Assembly (NCBI GenBank): GCA_965644295.1
Contig: CBFFRP010000186.1
Location: 118,564 to 182,563 of the forward strand
Direction of reading: 5' to 3'
Length of the DNA stretch: 64,000 nucleotides
Source: Paraphysomonas bandaiensis
Taxonomy: Eukaryota > Protista > Chrysophyceae
In this document: positions 53,143 through 64,000 of the stretch, one piece after another
Layout of the letters: each line of letters opens with the position of its first letter
Numbering within the stretch: position 1 is the first letter of the stretch
The notes under the pieces: generated by a model
Database searches by the model: none
The model's input: only the letters and a program-made list of their open reading frames with translations
What the model was told of the DNA's origin: nothing
Made by a program: the position numbers and the translations under genes

Positions 53143-53369
53143 TGTGAGATATGTCTGGATGTATGTCTATCTTACTGGATGTTACGTGACTGTGACTGTG
53201 GTTATGGTACATATACATATACATATACATGTACCATACATCGACTCAGATTACTAGTCAGATATCCGTACTGTACTTTGCTGCTGTACATAACAATCTG
53301 GCCAGAAATGGAAATAGTCTAGAAATCCACAATACTTAGCAATAAATGCAGTCAAAGTTGCCAGTTTTA

Positions 53370-53545
53370 GAGCAACATACCTACGTACCTACTGTACCTA
53401 CCTACATACAGCAGGACATGCATACCTACCTACATACATACATACATACATACACCTACATACATACATACATACATACACCTACATACATACATACATA
53501 CATACATACATACATACATACATACATACATACATACATACATAC
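53370..53545. repeat. (TACA)n microsatellite
   Basis: Directly visible array. Confidence 0.9.
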
Positions 53546-53844
53546 CGTAGAGGAATGAGAGGATGTTCTTTTCAGTTTAGTACTTGAAGTGACTGTATAA
53601 GATATGCATAGGGCACATAGAGGTGTATGGTGTTATATTATGCAGTGTGTAGTGTACGGCTGTAGAATAGAGGCATAATTTCCTCTTACTGAGAAGTTCT
53701 GTAGTAACTATAAAGAGAACCTTGCTTTGACTACCTGTAGTGTAGACTGTGTGAAAGCAACGGGGGTATTCCGTCCGTTTATTGATTTGTGACATCCGTA
53801 ACATTCGACCGAGTACCGTATTTTTCTCTGCGTAAGAGGAAATT

Positions 53845-55550
53845 ATGAAGAAGACAACGAACGACAAGCCAACAAGATTTGCAAGATTCGGCAAGAAACC
53901 GAGCACCGATAGACCAGAACATGTACCGACTTTAAGATACGGTGCCAACTCGAACTTCGCCACATTCAAACAGAGGCTTGTAGTGGTGGGCATGCAAAAG
54001 TACGGTGATCTTGCACGCCTAGTAGAGCTGGACAAATATTATGAGCCCGATGCGATAAACCCAGAGGATTTTGATTTGGAAGACGACCCCTATGGAGTTA
54101 ACCTCGACCTGATGAAGGACAAGACCAAGACCAGAGGGAGATTAATAGACAAGATGCGGAACGATAGATCGGCATTCTACTCATTCATGGTAGACCATCT
54201 GAGCCACGAATCAATGGATGCAGTCAAGCTATTAGATGAATACGAGCTCATGAACAGGACTAAGGATCCTCTACTACTATGGCTGGCTATCAAACAAACC
54301 CACAAAGTATCCACTAACTCCAGCGTAAGTACAGTGGTACGAGCAGAAGCGAGGAAGAGGTACAAAGACGCTAAACAGGGAGCATATGAGAGTATAGTTA
54401 CTTATAAGGAGAGGTTTGATCATCTATTGGAAGCCTACAAAGACATGAACAACGCGGAAATGAATGAAGAGGACATCGCGATGGATTTCTTCGAAGGGCT
54501 GGACGACACGAGATATGGCGAGTTCAAAACTAGCTATCTCAACGATCTAACAATGGGAACGCAAACAGCACCTACGCATGTAAATGAAATATATACTAAA
54601 GCATCAAAATATCTAACGCCGAAGAGAGCAACGAGAGCAGGCGGCGGATCCGCATTCGTGAGCAAATCGAAGTCTGACAAAGGCAAGAAATCAGCAGATA
54701 GCGATGATACACCAGAGCAGCAACAAGGGAACGACACGAAGTCGCACAACAGCAAACGTGGTCAGAAAAAAAGGCAGCTCATATGTTGGGGCTGCGGTGA
54801 GCCAGGCCACAGAATGAACGAATGCCCAGACAGTAGCCAAGAATCAGAAAACAAGCACTGCACGACAACAATGTTGAACGCCTTCACGTCAGGAAGCGAG
54901 CCATTCCAATGGTACGAAGTATTACTCGACAATCAGGCGGATGTCTCGGTAGTACACCCAGGACTACTGAACAATGTAAGACCGGCGTCCAGAGGATGCA
55001 CCGTGGCGGGATTATCGGGACACGCACTGGAACTACCGAATGTAGGCGAGCTAGACCAATTCTTCACCTGTAAGACAGCAGATGAGCTAAGGGCAAGCGT
55101 ACTATGTCAGGCGGACGTAGAAGACATATATGAAGTGACATATAGGCAGGGAGAGTCTTTCACTGTCCACTTACCTGACAGTGATTTGACTTTCTATCGA
55201 AAGAACAAGATGTATGTGGCCGACATGCGCGACTGGGCGACGGCCAAAGTCAACGTAACGACTGTAGCGGAGCGCGAAGCCCAATATTCGAAAGTAGAAG
55301 TCGCGAGAGCGCGAGAAGCACGAGACCTGATCCGAAACTCGGGCTTCGACTCGGAGAGAGATGCTGTGCAGCTAGTGAGCGACGGAAACGTTACAGGGGT
55401 GCGACTTACCCCGAGTGATATCAGAAGAGCTTTTGACATATATGGGAGACCGTTCGAAGCGGTGAGAGGCAAGCAGACGAATAAGAAAGTCAGCCGGCAA
55501 TACGCGGATCCGGAACTGAAGGCAGAACAGCAGAAGGAGCAAAGGCTGTA
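53845..55550 (+). mobile_element. Ty1/Copia-like gag-protease ORF interrupted at the start of integrase
   Basis: Gag, CWGCGEPGHRMNEC knuckle, protease VLLDNQADVS, DIRRAFDIYG...VRGK pre-integrase motif; coding character ends abruptly at 55550. Confidence 0.85.
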
Positions 55551-55904
55551 CACACACAGAGAGGCGGAGGGCCGAGGGGTCGCTCTAAGCCGCTTAGGCA
55601 TTCTTCCTGAGCCAGAAAGGCTCTCGTATCGTAATAAAACTTCGTTTTATTACTCTTTCCTTTTCACTCAATCTTTCTTCCTTTTCACTCTATCTTTAAA
55701 TATAATTATTATGGCCTATATAATTATATTAATAATACTATACTTTAAATAAAAATTAATTACTTTATATAATATTAAATAATTATCTTATAATAATATT
55801 AATAATACTATACTTTAAATAAATATTAATAATACTATACTTTAAATAAAAATTAATTACTTTATATAATATTAAATAATTATCTTATAATAAAATAAAA
55901 ATAT

Positions 55905-56170
55905 GATTTTGGCATTTTGGCTTTCTGGCATTTTGGCTTTTATGAAAATTAGAAAAAGTTATAAAATAAAATTTATTATATAGTTTATGTTATAAAAATC
56001 CAGTGCCATAATGCCAGTTGTGGTGGTGATGATTTTGGCTTTCTGGCATTTTGGCTTTCTGGCATTTTGGCTTTTATGAAAATTAGAAAAAGTTATAAAA
56101 TAAAATTTATTATATAGTTTATGTTATAAAAATCCAGTGCCATAATGCCAGTTGTGGTGGTGATGATGAT
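55905..56170. repeat. 134-bp tandem duplication with (TTTTGGC/TTTCTGGC) subrepeats
   Basis: TATGAAAATTAGAAAAAG... at 55941 and 56075. Confidence 0.9.
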
Positions 56171-56210
56171 GGTGGTGTTGTAACAGTGATGATGATCGTG
56201 ATGATGATGA

Positions 56211-56273
56211 TATATTGATATACGGGGACTCTGTGACACTTTAGTGTCACATAGTTCCCCGTATATCAATATA
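56211..56273. other. 63-nt near-perfect palindrome
   Basis: TATATTGATATACGGGGA/TCCCCGTATATCAATATA outer stem and TGTGACACT-TT-AGTGTCACA inner stem. Confidence 0.9.
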
Positions 56274-56598
56274 GACCCCTTCCATCAATTTATAGGCGAT
56301 AGCACTTACTGAAAATTGGTGGGAGCACATACCGAAAGAAGGGTGGTTCAGTCAAAGGTTTTGGCAAGTGTCAACAACTGCAAAGCGTTTTTCGAAGTCG
56401 ATTTCTAAGGTCCCTCACTTGTGAAATTAACCAACATTGAATAATCCGTGGGTGTGAATCCGCGTGACGTACGAGTGTCACAGAATCCCCTACCATAATT
56501 TGTGTGGGTGACACAGAATTACAAGATCGCAATTTACCCGGAAAATAAATTCGTTTAATTTCCTCGGATTATTTTCTTAACTATAATAAAAACAAAAT

Positions 56599-56958
56599 AT
56601 GGAAAATTTCATTGTGTACAAAATTACCGGAAAGCATACAAATAAAACATATTATGGAAAAACAATGCTACCTGTAGAAGAACGCCTTTCCCTTCATCTA
56701 TCATCTTATAGACACCACAAAGAGACATATTGTTTATCTCCCTATCTCCCAGTTTTTGATATAATTCGAGAAAATAATAATAGCGATATTAAAATTACAA
56801 CATTAACACCTGGTTCAACTAATTATTTCAATGCAACAGCAATCGAGAAACACTATATTGAACAAGATAAAAACTGTTGTAATAAGAATGGATCAGATTA
56901 TACCGTGGAGGAATATCTGATTGAATATTCAAAAAAACACAGTGAAATTAATAAATGA
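56599..56958 (+). CDS. Stand-alone GIY-YIG endonuclease, copy 1
   Basis: IVYKIT...KTYYGKT...EERLSLH...AIEKHYI...CCN follows the GIY-YIG pattern (Y, YxG, R, E, N). Confidence 0.8.
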   Translation: MENFIVYKITGKHTNKTYYGKTMLPVEERLSLHLSSYRHHKETYCLSPYLPVFDIIRENNNSDIKITTLTPGSTNYFNATAIEKHYIEQDKNCCNKNGSDYTVEEYLIEYSKKHSEINK

Positions 56959-57023
56959 AACGTGAGAAATATACCCGGAAAATAAATTCAGATTATTTTT
57001 TCTTAACTATAATAAAAACAAAT

Positions 57024-57443
57024 ATGAACAATTTCATTGTATACAAAATTACCGGAAAGCATACAAATAAAACATATTTTGGAAAAACATCGCTACCTGT
57101 AAAAAAGCGTCTTTCCCTTCATCTATCAGCTTATAGATTTTACAAAGAGTCATATGGTTTATCTTCTTATTTCTCAGTTTTTGATATATTTCGAGAAAGC
57201 AATGATCTTAAAAGCGATATTGAAATTACAATATTAACACCTGGTTTAAGTAATTACAATGCAGCAGCAATCGAGGATCACTATATTCAGCGAGATAAAA
57301 ACTGTTGTAATAAAAATAGATCAGGTTTTACCACGAGCAACATGAAGGAATATCAAAAAGATTATTGGGAAAAACATAAAAATAAAATTAATAAAATGAG
57401 ACGTGAGAAATATGCTCAAAATAAAAAATCTTGTGTACATTAA
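57024..57443 (+). CDS. Stand-alone GIY-YIG endonuclease, copy 2
   Basis: MNNFIVYKITGKHTNKTYFGKT...KKRLSLH...AIEDHYI...CCN with a basic helical tail KEYQKDYWEKHKNKI. Confidence 0.82.
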   Translation: MNNFIVYKITGKHTNKTYFGKTSLPVKKRLSLHLSAYRFYKESYGLSSYFSVFDIFRESNDLKSDIEITILTPGLSNYNAAAIEDHYIQRDKNCCNKNRSGFTTSNMKEYQKDYWEKHKNKINKMRREKYAQNKKSCVH

Positions 57444-57447
57444 AAAC

Positions 57448-57723
57448 ATGGAAAATAAAAAACGCGGACGTCCCATAAAATATAACTCCGAAGAAGAGCG
57501 AAAGCAAGCAAAGCGGATACAAGATCAACTTTCATATAAACGAAGAAAATCACAACAGAATGAAATTTTAGAAATATTATCTAATGATGGATCATCATCA
57601 TCGATTTATGAACCCTCGGAAACTGAAACACCAGTGTACACAAATACAGAAATCCGTCAAGAAGAGATAAAAATTGAAATTTACTCGGATAATTTTAATT
57701 TGTGTTTGAATATAAAGAAATAA
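57448..57723 (+). CDS. Small basic protein with an AT-hook-like KKRGRP motif
   Basis: MENKKRGRPIKYNSEEERKQAKRIQDQLSYKRRK. Confidence 0.65.
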   Translation: MENKKRGRPIKYNSEEERKQAKRIQDQLSYKRRKSQQNEILEILSNDGSSSSIYEPSETETPVYTNTEIRQEEIKIEIYSDNFNLCLNIKK

Positions 57724-57747
57724 ATATTAGGTATATTAAAAAGAAAA

Positions 57748-58056
57748 ATGTCTGAATCCTCCATCAACACCAACAACCTAACAACTCTCCCACAAACTGA
57801 GGAAGAATGGCGTAGAGCGATGACTGAATATGAACAAGCCAACGATTTGTTACCCCTCCCACGAACTCTTGAAGAAGCGTATATGCTACACGAAGCCTCT
57901 GAAAATGATTACAGTAATCTTATTGATGATTATGAAGATTACTTGAATGGATATGATGATGACTTCGATGAATCTGAGGTATCCGACGATGAAGAATTCC
58001 CACCTCGTGAAAATTCCCCGGTGTCAATTATAGATCATCCAAATCTTTTAGATTAA
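57748..58056 (+). CDS. Small acidic hypothetical protein
   Basis: 102-aa ORF preceded by the shared AT-rich motif. Confidence 0.6.
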   Translation: MSESSINTNNLTTLPQTEEEWRRAMTEYEQANDLLPLPRTLEEAYMLHEASENDYSNLIDDYEDYLNGYDDDFDESEVSDDEEFPPRENSPVSIIDHPNLLD

Positions 58057-58102
58057 TAAAAGAGTATAAAGAAAATAAAATATTAGTTATATTAAATAAA
58101 AA

Positions 58103-58294
58103 ATGTCTTATTTTTATGAAGATGAGTGGAACACATCCTCCGATGATGAATGGAATAATTATGAAGATTACATTGGGTTTAGAATAACTGATTCACCACC
58201 ACCACCACCACAAAAACGTAAACGAGCAACTAAAAACACTCGGAAGAATAAACAACATCAAACAAACAAAGATCAAAAACACCCAGATGTATAA
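58103..58294 (+). CDS. Hypothetical protein, probably truncated by the Gypsy LTR
   Basis: Same upstream motif as 57748; the last codons (GAT GTA TAA) overlap the inferred LTR edge TGTA at 58288. Confidence 0.5.
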   Translation: MSYFYEDEWNTSSDDEWNNYEDYIGFRITDSPPPPPQKRKRATKNTRKNKQHQTNKDQKHPDV

Positions 58295-59480
58295 ACAACT
58301 CAGGTCTTGCAACCTAAGATCACTGAAAAGATATGAAATGGTTGTTTATCGAAACAACAAAACAGAATGCTATAATAATAACTCTTTAAGAAACCAACAG
58401 CCAGAGATACGAGCTCCCAAGTATCCTGCAATCTAAAGCTCCCAATAGACAGATCAGTCAACCAACTATGTTAATTTCATAGAGAATTATTATTAAAACT
58501 AAGTTACAAGCGAAACAAAAGACAGACCCCTAGTCTAAAGACTCCTCCTCATACACAGGACATTGAATGCAACCACAACCGTACAATATGCTCATACATG
58601 TACTACACTACATACGATTCATATCCTACATCGTTTATAGTCAAAAACGCCCTGAAATACGCCTAAATAGGTCCTTTCCAAAAACCTCCGATTTTTGAGT
58701 CCCAAAACCCCAAAAATCCCCAATTTTTTGAGAATTGCAGAAAATCGCCGATTTTCGAGCCACAAACACCCAAAATGACAATATTCGAATCCACAAAAAT
58801 TGCAAGCACATTTCATGACAACGTGAAATACACAATCGCCAACTCATGCATAATACCGACAAAATGCAATCGGGTTCAAAAGCTTACAATCGAACGGTTA
58901 AATATCATTTCCTTGCAAGAGTGTGTACTTTAGACTGGACCATACAAATACACTCATATTCAGATCACTAACATGCCCATGACACCTCTGCATCTGCGTC
59001 CAATGGCACCTTACGAATTCCTCCCCATTCCGGAGAAAATCGATGGTGTGTGGCAATGGAAAAATAATCGTATATCATAGTCCGGAACGATGAGCAAGCA
59101 CATAGAGCTGTTCAAAACCATCAGAAAGCTTCTCATAATGATGAATGGACTACGAATATCGCACATGCGGTACCAATCAATGCTTCCTAACTCAAAACGC
59201 TATGACACCGACTACCGTATGGATATAGGCGTAAACCGACGGGTAGCAATCGCGTAGATCAAAGAAAACGTGTGTTCGAGGGTAAATCCTAGTTGTCTGT
59301 CGTCTTGCCCTCGTAATAATAATCTGTATCTCTTGTTGTCACCAATCTTATACAAAACAAGCTACATATACCCTACATATTATGTTATCATATCGTTATT
59401 GCATTAATATAGTTATCAATATTATTATGATGATGTCATTAAACGTGTTAAAGGGTGTTATAAAAGCCCACGGCTTTACA
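58288..59480 (-). repeat. Putative 3' LTR of the Gypsy element
   Basis: The minus strand begins TGTAAAG directly after the PPT GGGGGGGGAGAAAGGG (59484-59499); the far end ...TATACA at 58288 is inferred. Confidence 0.6.
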
Positions 59481-59510
59481 TTACCCTTTCTCCCCCCCCG
59501 GATGCCGTAG

Positions 59511-62500
59511 CTACTCCTGAATAATTTTGGGATAAGCCGCAGCGAGCGACGCATCAACCAAAATCATGCGAGCAGGGTCAAAATCCTTCTGGGACCCCCA
59601 ACAATAGACCAAATAGTTGTCGAAGGCATAGTTGGAACCGTTGAGATTAAAACGGGCGCTAATCTTGCGTTTGGAATTCTTGTGATACCAATGGGTGTAC
59701 GTGAATTCCATGACATACGCGGCCGTGGCATAATCCGGTAAACCAAGACTCTCGTACCACAGGTCACCGTAGAACCTGAGATCAACATAGACAGTATCTC
59801 CAACCGAAACTGTTGTGATATTCTCCTTCCTCATTGAAGAGATAAAACGCTTCGCAGTAAACGAGTCGTACGCGAGGTGTCGCAAGTAAGGCCTAGACTC
59901 ACAAAAATCGTAATATGCCTCACACTGAATATCCGGTGTCCATGGAATGTCCAAGATATCGCCGTCCGCATACTTCACCTTGAAGACCATCGTAGATTTG
60001 GTTCGTGAATCTCCCGTATATGAAAGAATTTCCTCCACCTTAAATTGTTCATGGTCTCGCATCGCCGCCTCAATAGCCGATTCCTTATCTCCGAAAAATG
60101 GCTCAAGATCAGAGACAAAGTATTCCCGAATTCCCCCGGTAAGAATATTACGAATTTGAACATCGTTCTTGTATTGTCGCACCACTTCGAAAGGACCCTT
60201 CATCCTCGAGGATAATTTCGGATGTGGTTTAGCACCAGCGTCGAACATAACAAAATCGCCTGGACAATACTGGTTTTGTTTGGCAGGATCCAAACCCGCT
60301 TCCGCTCGTTTCTCAACTAGAGACTTCTGGTAATCTGCTGATATCTGGCGAACTAGAGCTAAGTAATCGTTCAGCCTTTTCAACAGCTGATGAGACGGAT
60401 CATTGTCTCTCCCCTGGGCGGCCAGAAGATTCTTATAAATGGAATCCTGGGACCCAAACGTCAGTTCGAATGCAGAATACCCCGTCTCACTACTCTCGTG
60501 GGTATTCAGAATGAACATGATAGTGGCAAGTAACAGTTCGTCCTCCAAAACAGCATCGGCCTCAATTCGCTTGTCAAAACAAATAGCACGGATGTGACGA
60601 ACCACTTCCTTAATAATACGCTCACATCCATTGACATGCCTGTTGGCAATACTAAAAACATGACGAAGTCCTGACAACTTAACCAGTTCTGCGAAAAGTT
60701 CTGATTTGAGATCAGGACCCATATCTGATATAATCATATCCGTGAGCCCGTATGTACACCAGCACTTCCACACTGCTGTAGCTAAATTGATAGCTGTCAT
60801 TCCTTTCACCGCATATAGGTACACCAATTTCGTAAACAAATTAACCATGACCACAATATGCGTGTAACCAGATTTAGAAACAGGTGTAATAGCAACCGCG
60901 TCAATTCCCAAAGCACTCCTGGAATGAGGCGGTTTTAAATGTCTAGTAATAGGAATCAATCGCTGCTTCAGCTCTCGCCTATTCTTCTGACAGTTGATAC
61001 ATTCGTCCACGAAGTCTGCAACCACCTTGAAAGGCACGCCGTGTCCCGGAAATTGCTTACACAGACGCTTCCACGTCTCTTTCGCACCCCAGTGTCCTGC
61101 TTGCGCGTTGTGAACCTCTTTGATAGCCTGATAATAATCTATCCTCTGTACCTCCGTAGGCGGCGCGATCTCTTGAACGTCGTCCTCAAAATCATCCTTT
61201 TCAAAGATGTTATGCAGTGTCACGAAGTTCACTTCATCTGAGTCGAAATCGTCACTTTCGTCCACAAATCCGGACAAATACAGCAATCTTGACAAGCAAT
61301 CCGCAACCACATTGTTCTTCCCTGGGATATGACGAATCAAAAAGTCAAAATCCTGCAAATAAATTCTCCATCGAATTATCTTCGCAACTTCTGATGCCTC
61401 CATCCACACAAGGTTGTTGTGGTCCGTCTCGATTGTAAATTTCTTTCCTCTCAAATAAAACGAAAATTTCTTGACTGAATAGAATATACCAAAACCCTCC
61501 TTCTCAATAGTACACCACTTCAAGGCTTGCTCTGACAATTTCTTGGAACAGATAGCAATAGTTTGCTGTTGAATCGGACTAGACCCAGTTCCCTCAACAG
61601 TCTGGAAAAGAATGCCTGCCACTCCATAGTCACTAGCATCTGTCCTAAGTGTCCACTCAAGATCATAATTCGGATAAAACAAAGCACAAGACTGTTGCAA
61701 ACCACTCTTATAGTTTTCAAACTCCTGCCTATAATCGTGCTGCCATGTCGTTTCTTCCCAATTAAAACTACTCTTAGTCATATCCGTAAGATGTTTAACC
61801 AAATCTGAGTAATTCTGAACAAATGGAGCAAAGAATACTCCCAGACCCAACAAAGATCTAATCTTCTTACATCTATTTCCATTCTCTGGAAAAGGAATCT
61901 TCAATAAAGCCTCTTTCCTATCGTCCGTGAGCTCGAAACTATTGTGCCTTACCAAATAGCCAAAAAACTTGATCTCCCTAAATCCTAACCAGGTCTTTGC
62001 AAATTTCAACACAACTCCATGTTCAATGCATCTATCCAGGAAAATCTCCAGCTTCTTATACGCATCATCAAAATCATGTGCCAATAACAGAACATTATCA
62101 AATATACACAGCGCCCATTCCAGATCTCCAAACAATTTGACTACCGCTTCTTGCAACACACTAATCCCTGGAGACACTCCCTCCGGAAGGAATAAAGGCT
62201 GAAATTGGCCCCACGGTGTTTGAACTGACAATTTTTCAGATGTGTTCTCATGCAACCTGATCTGATGGAACGCATTCGTGAGGTCAATGTCCATAAATAT
62301 CTTATAGCCAATAATACGATCCAACTCATGTCTTACATTAGGAACTGTATAGTGTGGACTTGGAATGTACTTGTTGATTTGCACGTAATCCCCACAAATC
62401 CTAATAAAAGGTTTCGTGGCTTTTGGCGCGATCACCAAACAAGAAGCCCATGGCGACCTACTAGGAACATAGATGTAACCACACAGTCTCCTAAACTCCT

Positions 62501-63449
62501 TCTCCGCATCCTCATATAATCTAGGATTTACGGGTCTTGCCTTCGGCTTGATCCTAGGAGGCAAATTCTCAGCGAACTTGATGTTCAACGGATCCACTCC
62601 TTTTATACCTTCCCACCGCTCTGGAACAAATACCTCTACTCCCTTAGTCCTCAATAACTCCAGCACCGGTCGCGCTGCTGAGAACTCTGGAGACACGTGC
62701 TCACCAAACATATCCTCGAACTCGCTCAAAGCTTCCTCTCTAGTTTTTCCAAGAAAACTTGAGGCAAATCCGAACTGCGAAGGGTCCGGAACATCCAATT
62801 CTTCAGGTGCTACCTCCCTACTACTGTCACACCACGGCTGCAATAATTCTTCAACCGCATTCAACAACAAATCATCCTCGGTAACATCGTCCTCACGCCT
62901 TTTAATAAAACTTACTTCTGATTCAATTCGTTCAATAGTCCTTCCTTTAAGCATAAATAGAAAATAATCCCATAGATCCTTAACGATAGCCGGAAGTCCA
63001 ATAATAATATCGTTGCTACCCATATCAGCAACAATGAAATCCCCGTCATATAACACGAACTCTCCCTTGGAGTCTTCTCTCTCAAACCTCAATTTTAATT
63101 TCACTACAAAACTACACTTCATTCTCGACGTTTTATCGGCAAATCCTATAACTGTTTCTTTTTTTATGACTTTGTTTTCACACACATGATTTCTAAACGT
63201 CTCAAACAAATCCTTGGAAATGAAGTTAGATGTTAGGGCTCCAGTGTCGAACAATATTCCACGCACAGATATTATATAGTTATCATCACATACAATGCTT
63301 CCCCCAGAATGAGCCAATGTCAAGTCTTTTCGTTCTCGCGTATTACAGACATTCATCAAATTTCTGAGGAAAACTCGACTAACAGTCTCAGGATCATTCA
63401 AACCGTACAATATTTCTTCGTGATCCTGCGAACCATTAGCCTCGCACAT
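59511..63449 (-). mobile_element. Ty3/Gypsy pol (PR-RT-RNaseH-INT-chromodomain-like), intact 1312-aa ORF
   Basis: LFDTGA; IDLTNAFHQ, LPEG, CIFDNVL; TDASDYG, EKE, TDH, ADCLSR; HxxxGHWG...CINC, ISDMG, NGCER; FKVEEILSY...FKVKYADG...PW. Confidence 0.95.
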
Positions 63450-63452
63450 TTG

Positions 63453-64000
63453 TCAAGTCACTCCACCAGGCCTCGGCAAAATCTTTCGCGGCCCTTTGGA
63501 ATCATCTGCCATCATCTGAGACAGCTTCTTCATCATCCATTTCCGGGTTTCCGTTGCAACTGCTCCATTATGACCCTGGACATGCTTACATTCCTTCCCT
63601 TTGTAGCAGTTCCCATACAACGCATACGCAGCAACCACGGGTTGGATTAACAGTCTTCTCCAGGTTCATCACCTGTTCTATAGCTTCCTTATCAGACTCT
63701 GGTTCGCCGAGCAACATCTCCTCAACCTCATTCTCGAAATCATCATCTGACATCCCGTCATCCTTGACCACAACTATCGGGTCAACCTCCTTGTCATCTA
63801 AATCACTGTAGAAATCATCCTCAACTCGGTCCGCAAACTGCACGTTGTTTAAAGATTTCGGTTTCTCCTTTGCAACGTATCCATTGTCCCGATTCCTCGA
63901 ACTCCTTTGAATTTGCTTCCTACTGAAATCGGACCCTTCATAAGGCACCAATCTGATGTTCTTGGACGCCTCATAATGCTCACTCGCCTTGGAAACGTAT
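63453..64000 (-). mobile_element. 3' part of Gypsy gag (frameshift near 63630; runs off the window)
   Basis: Acidic region, then a Cys/His finger (C...NCYKGKECKHVQGH) split between frames; ends at a TGA in frame with pol. Confidence 0.7.

Larger units (their letters stand above)
55551..58287 (+). mobile_element. AT-rich virus-like insertion (possible end of a Polinton-like virus, virophage or linear element)
   Basis: About 1-kb non-coding structured terminus with tandem repeats and hairpins, then 5 compact, co-oriented, intronless ORFs with shared upstream motifs. No capsid, pPolB or packaging ATPase in the visible part. Confidence 0.6.

Noticed and set aside
55590-55660. Hammerhead ribozyme or Penelope-like element
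   Set aside because: No CUGANGA/GAAA core in the right arrangement and no RT linked to the GIY-YIG genes.
55551-55752. Hydrophobic C-terminal tail of ORF 53845-55752 as a TM or env-like domain
   Set aside because: Chance read-through into the AT-rich non-coding terminus of the inserted element.

Overview
Eukaryotic, intron-rich protist DNA with short GT-AG introns and pervasive (TATG/TACA)n microsatellites; a stramenopile-like origin is an inference. Host genes readable by hand: RAD9, an intronless acidic collagen-like ORF, a REEP/Yop1 gene with a C2-like tail, a SEL1L/Hrd3-like gene, a two-KH-domain gene, a torsin-like AAA+ ATPase and two hypothetical genes. About a third of the window is mobile DNA: a young gag-protease-only LTR element, three Copia remnants, two Gypsy elements, and hAT, CACTA and foldback MITEs. 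Two things stand out. (1) An 11.5-kb ankyrin locus (19176-30730) is built like a natural DARPin library: 7 tandem N-cap/(repeat)n/C-cap/linker modules with 40 phase-0 exons, each encoding one ankyrin repeat. Repeat number varies between modules, exons look mosaic, variation includes the canonical binding positions, and the introns share a conserved palindrome. (2) An AT-rich, intronless virus-like cassette (55551-~58290) carries GIY-YIG genes, shared upstream motifs and a structured terminus; a diverged copy of that terminus at ~2.3 kb shows a compensatory base-pair change. All calls are manual motif readings; no database searches were run.
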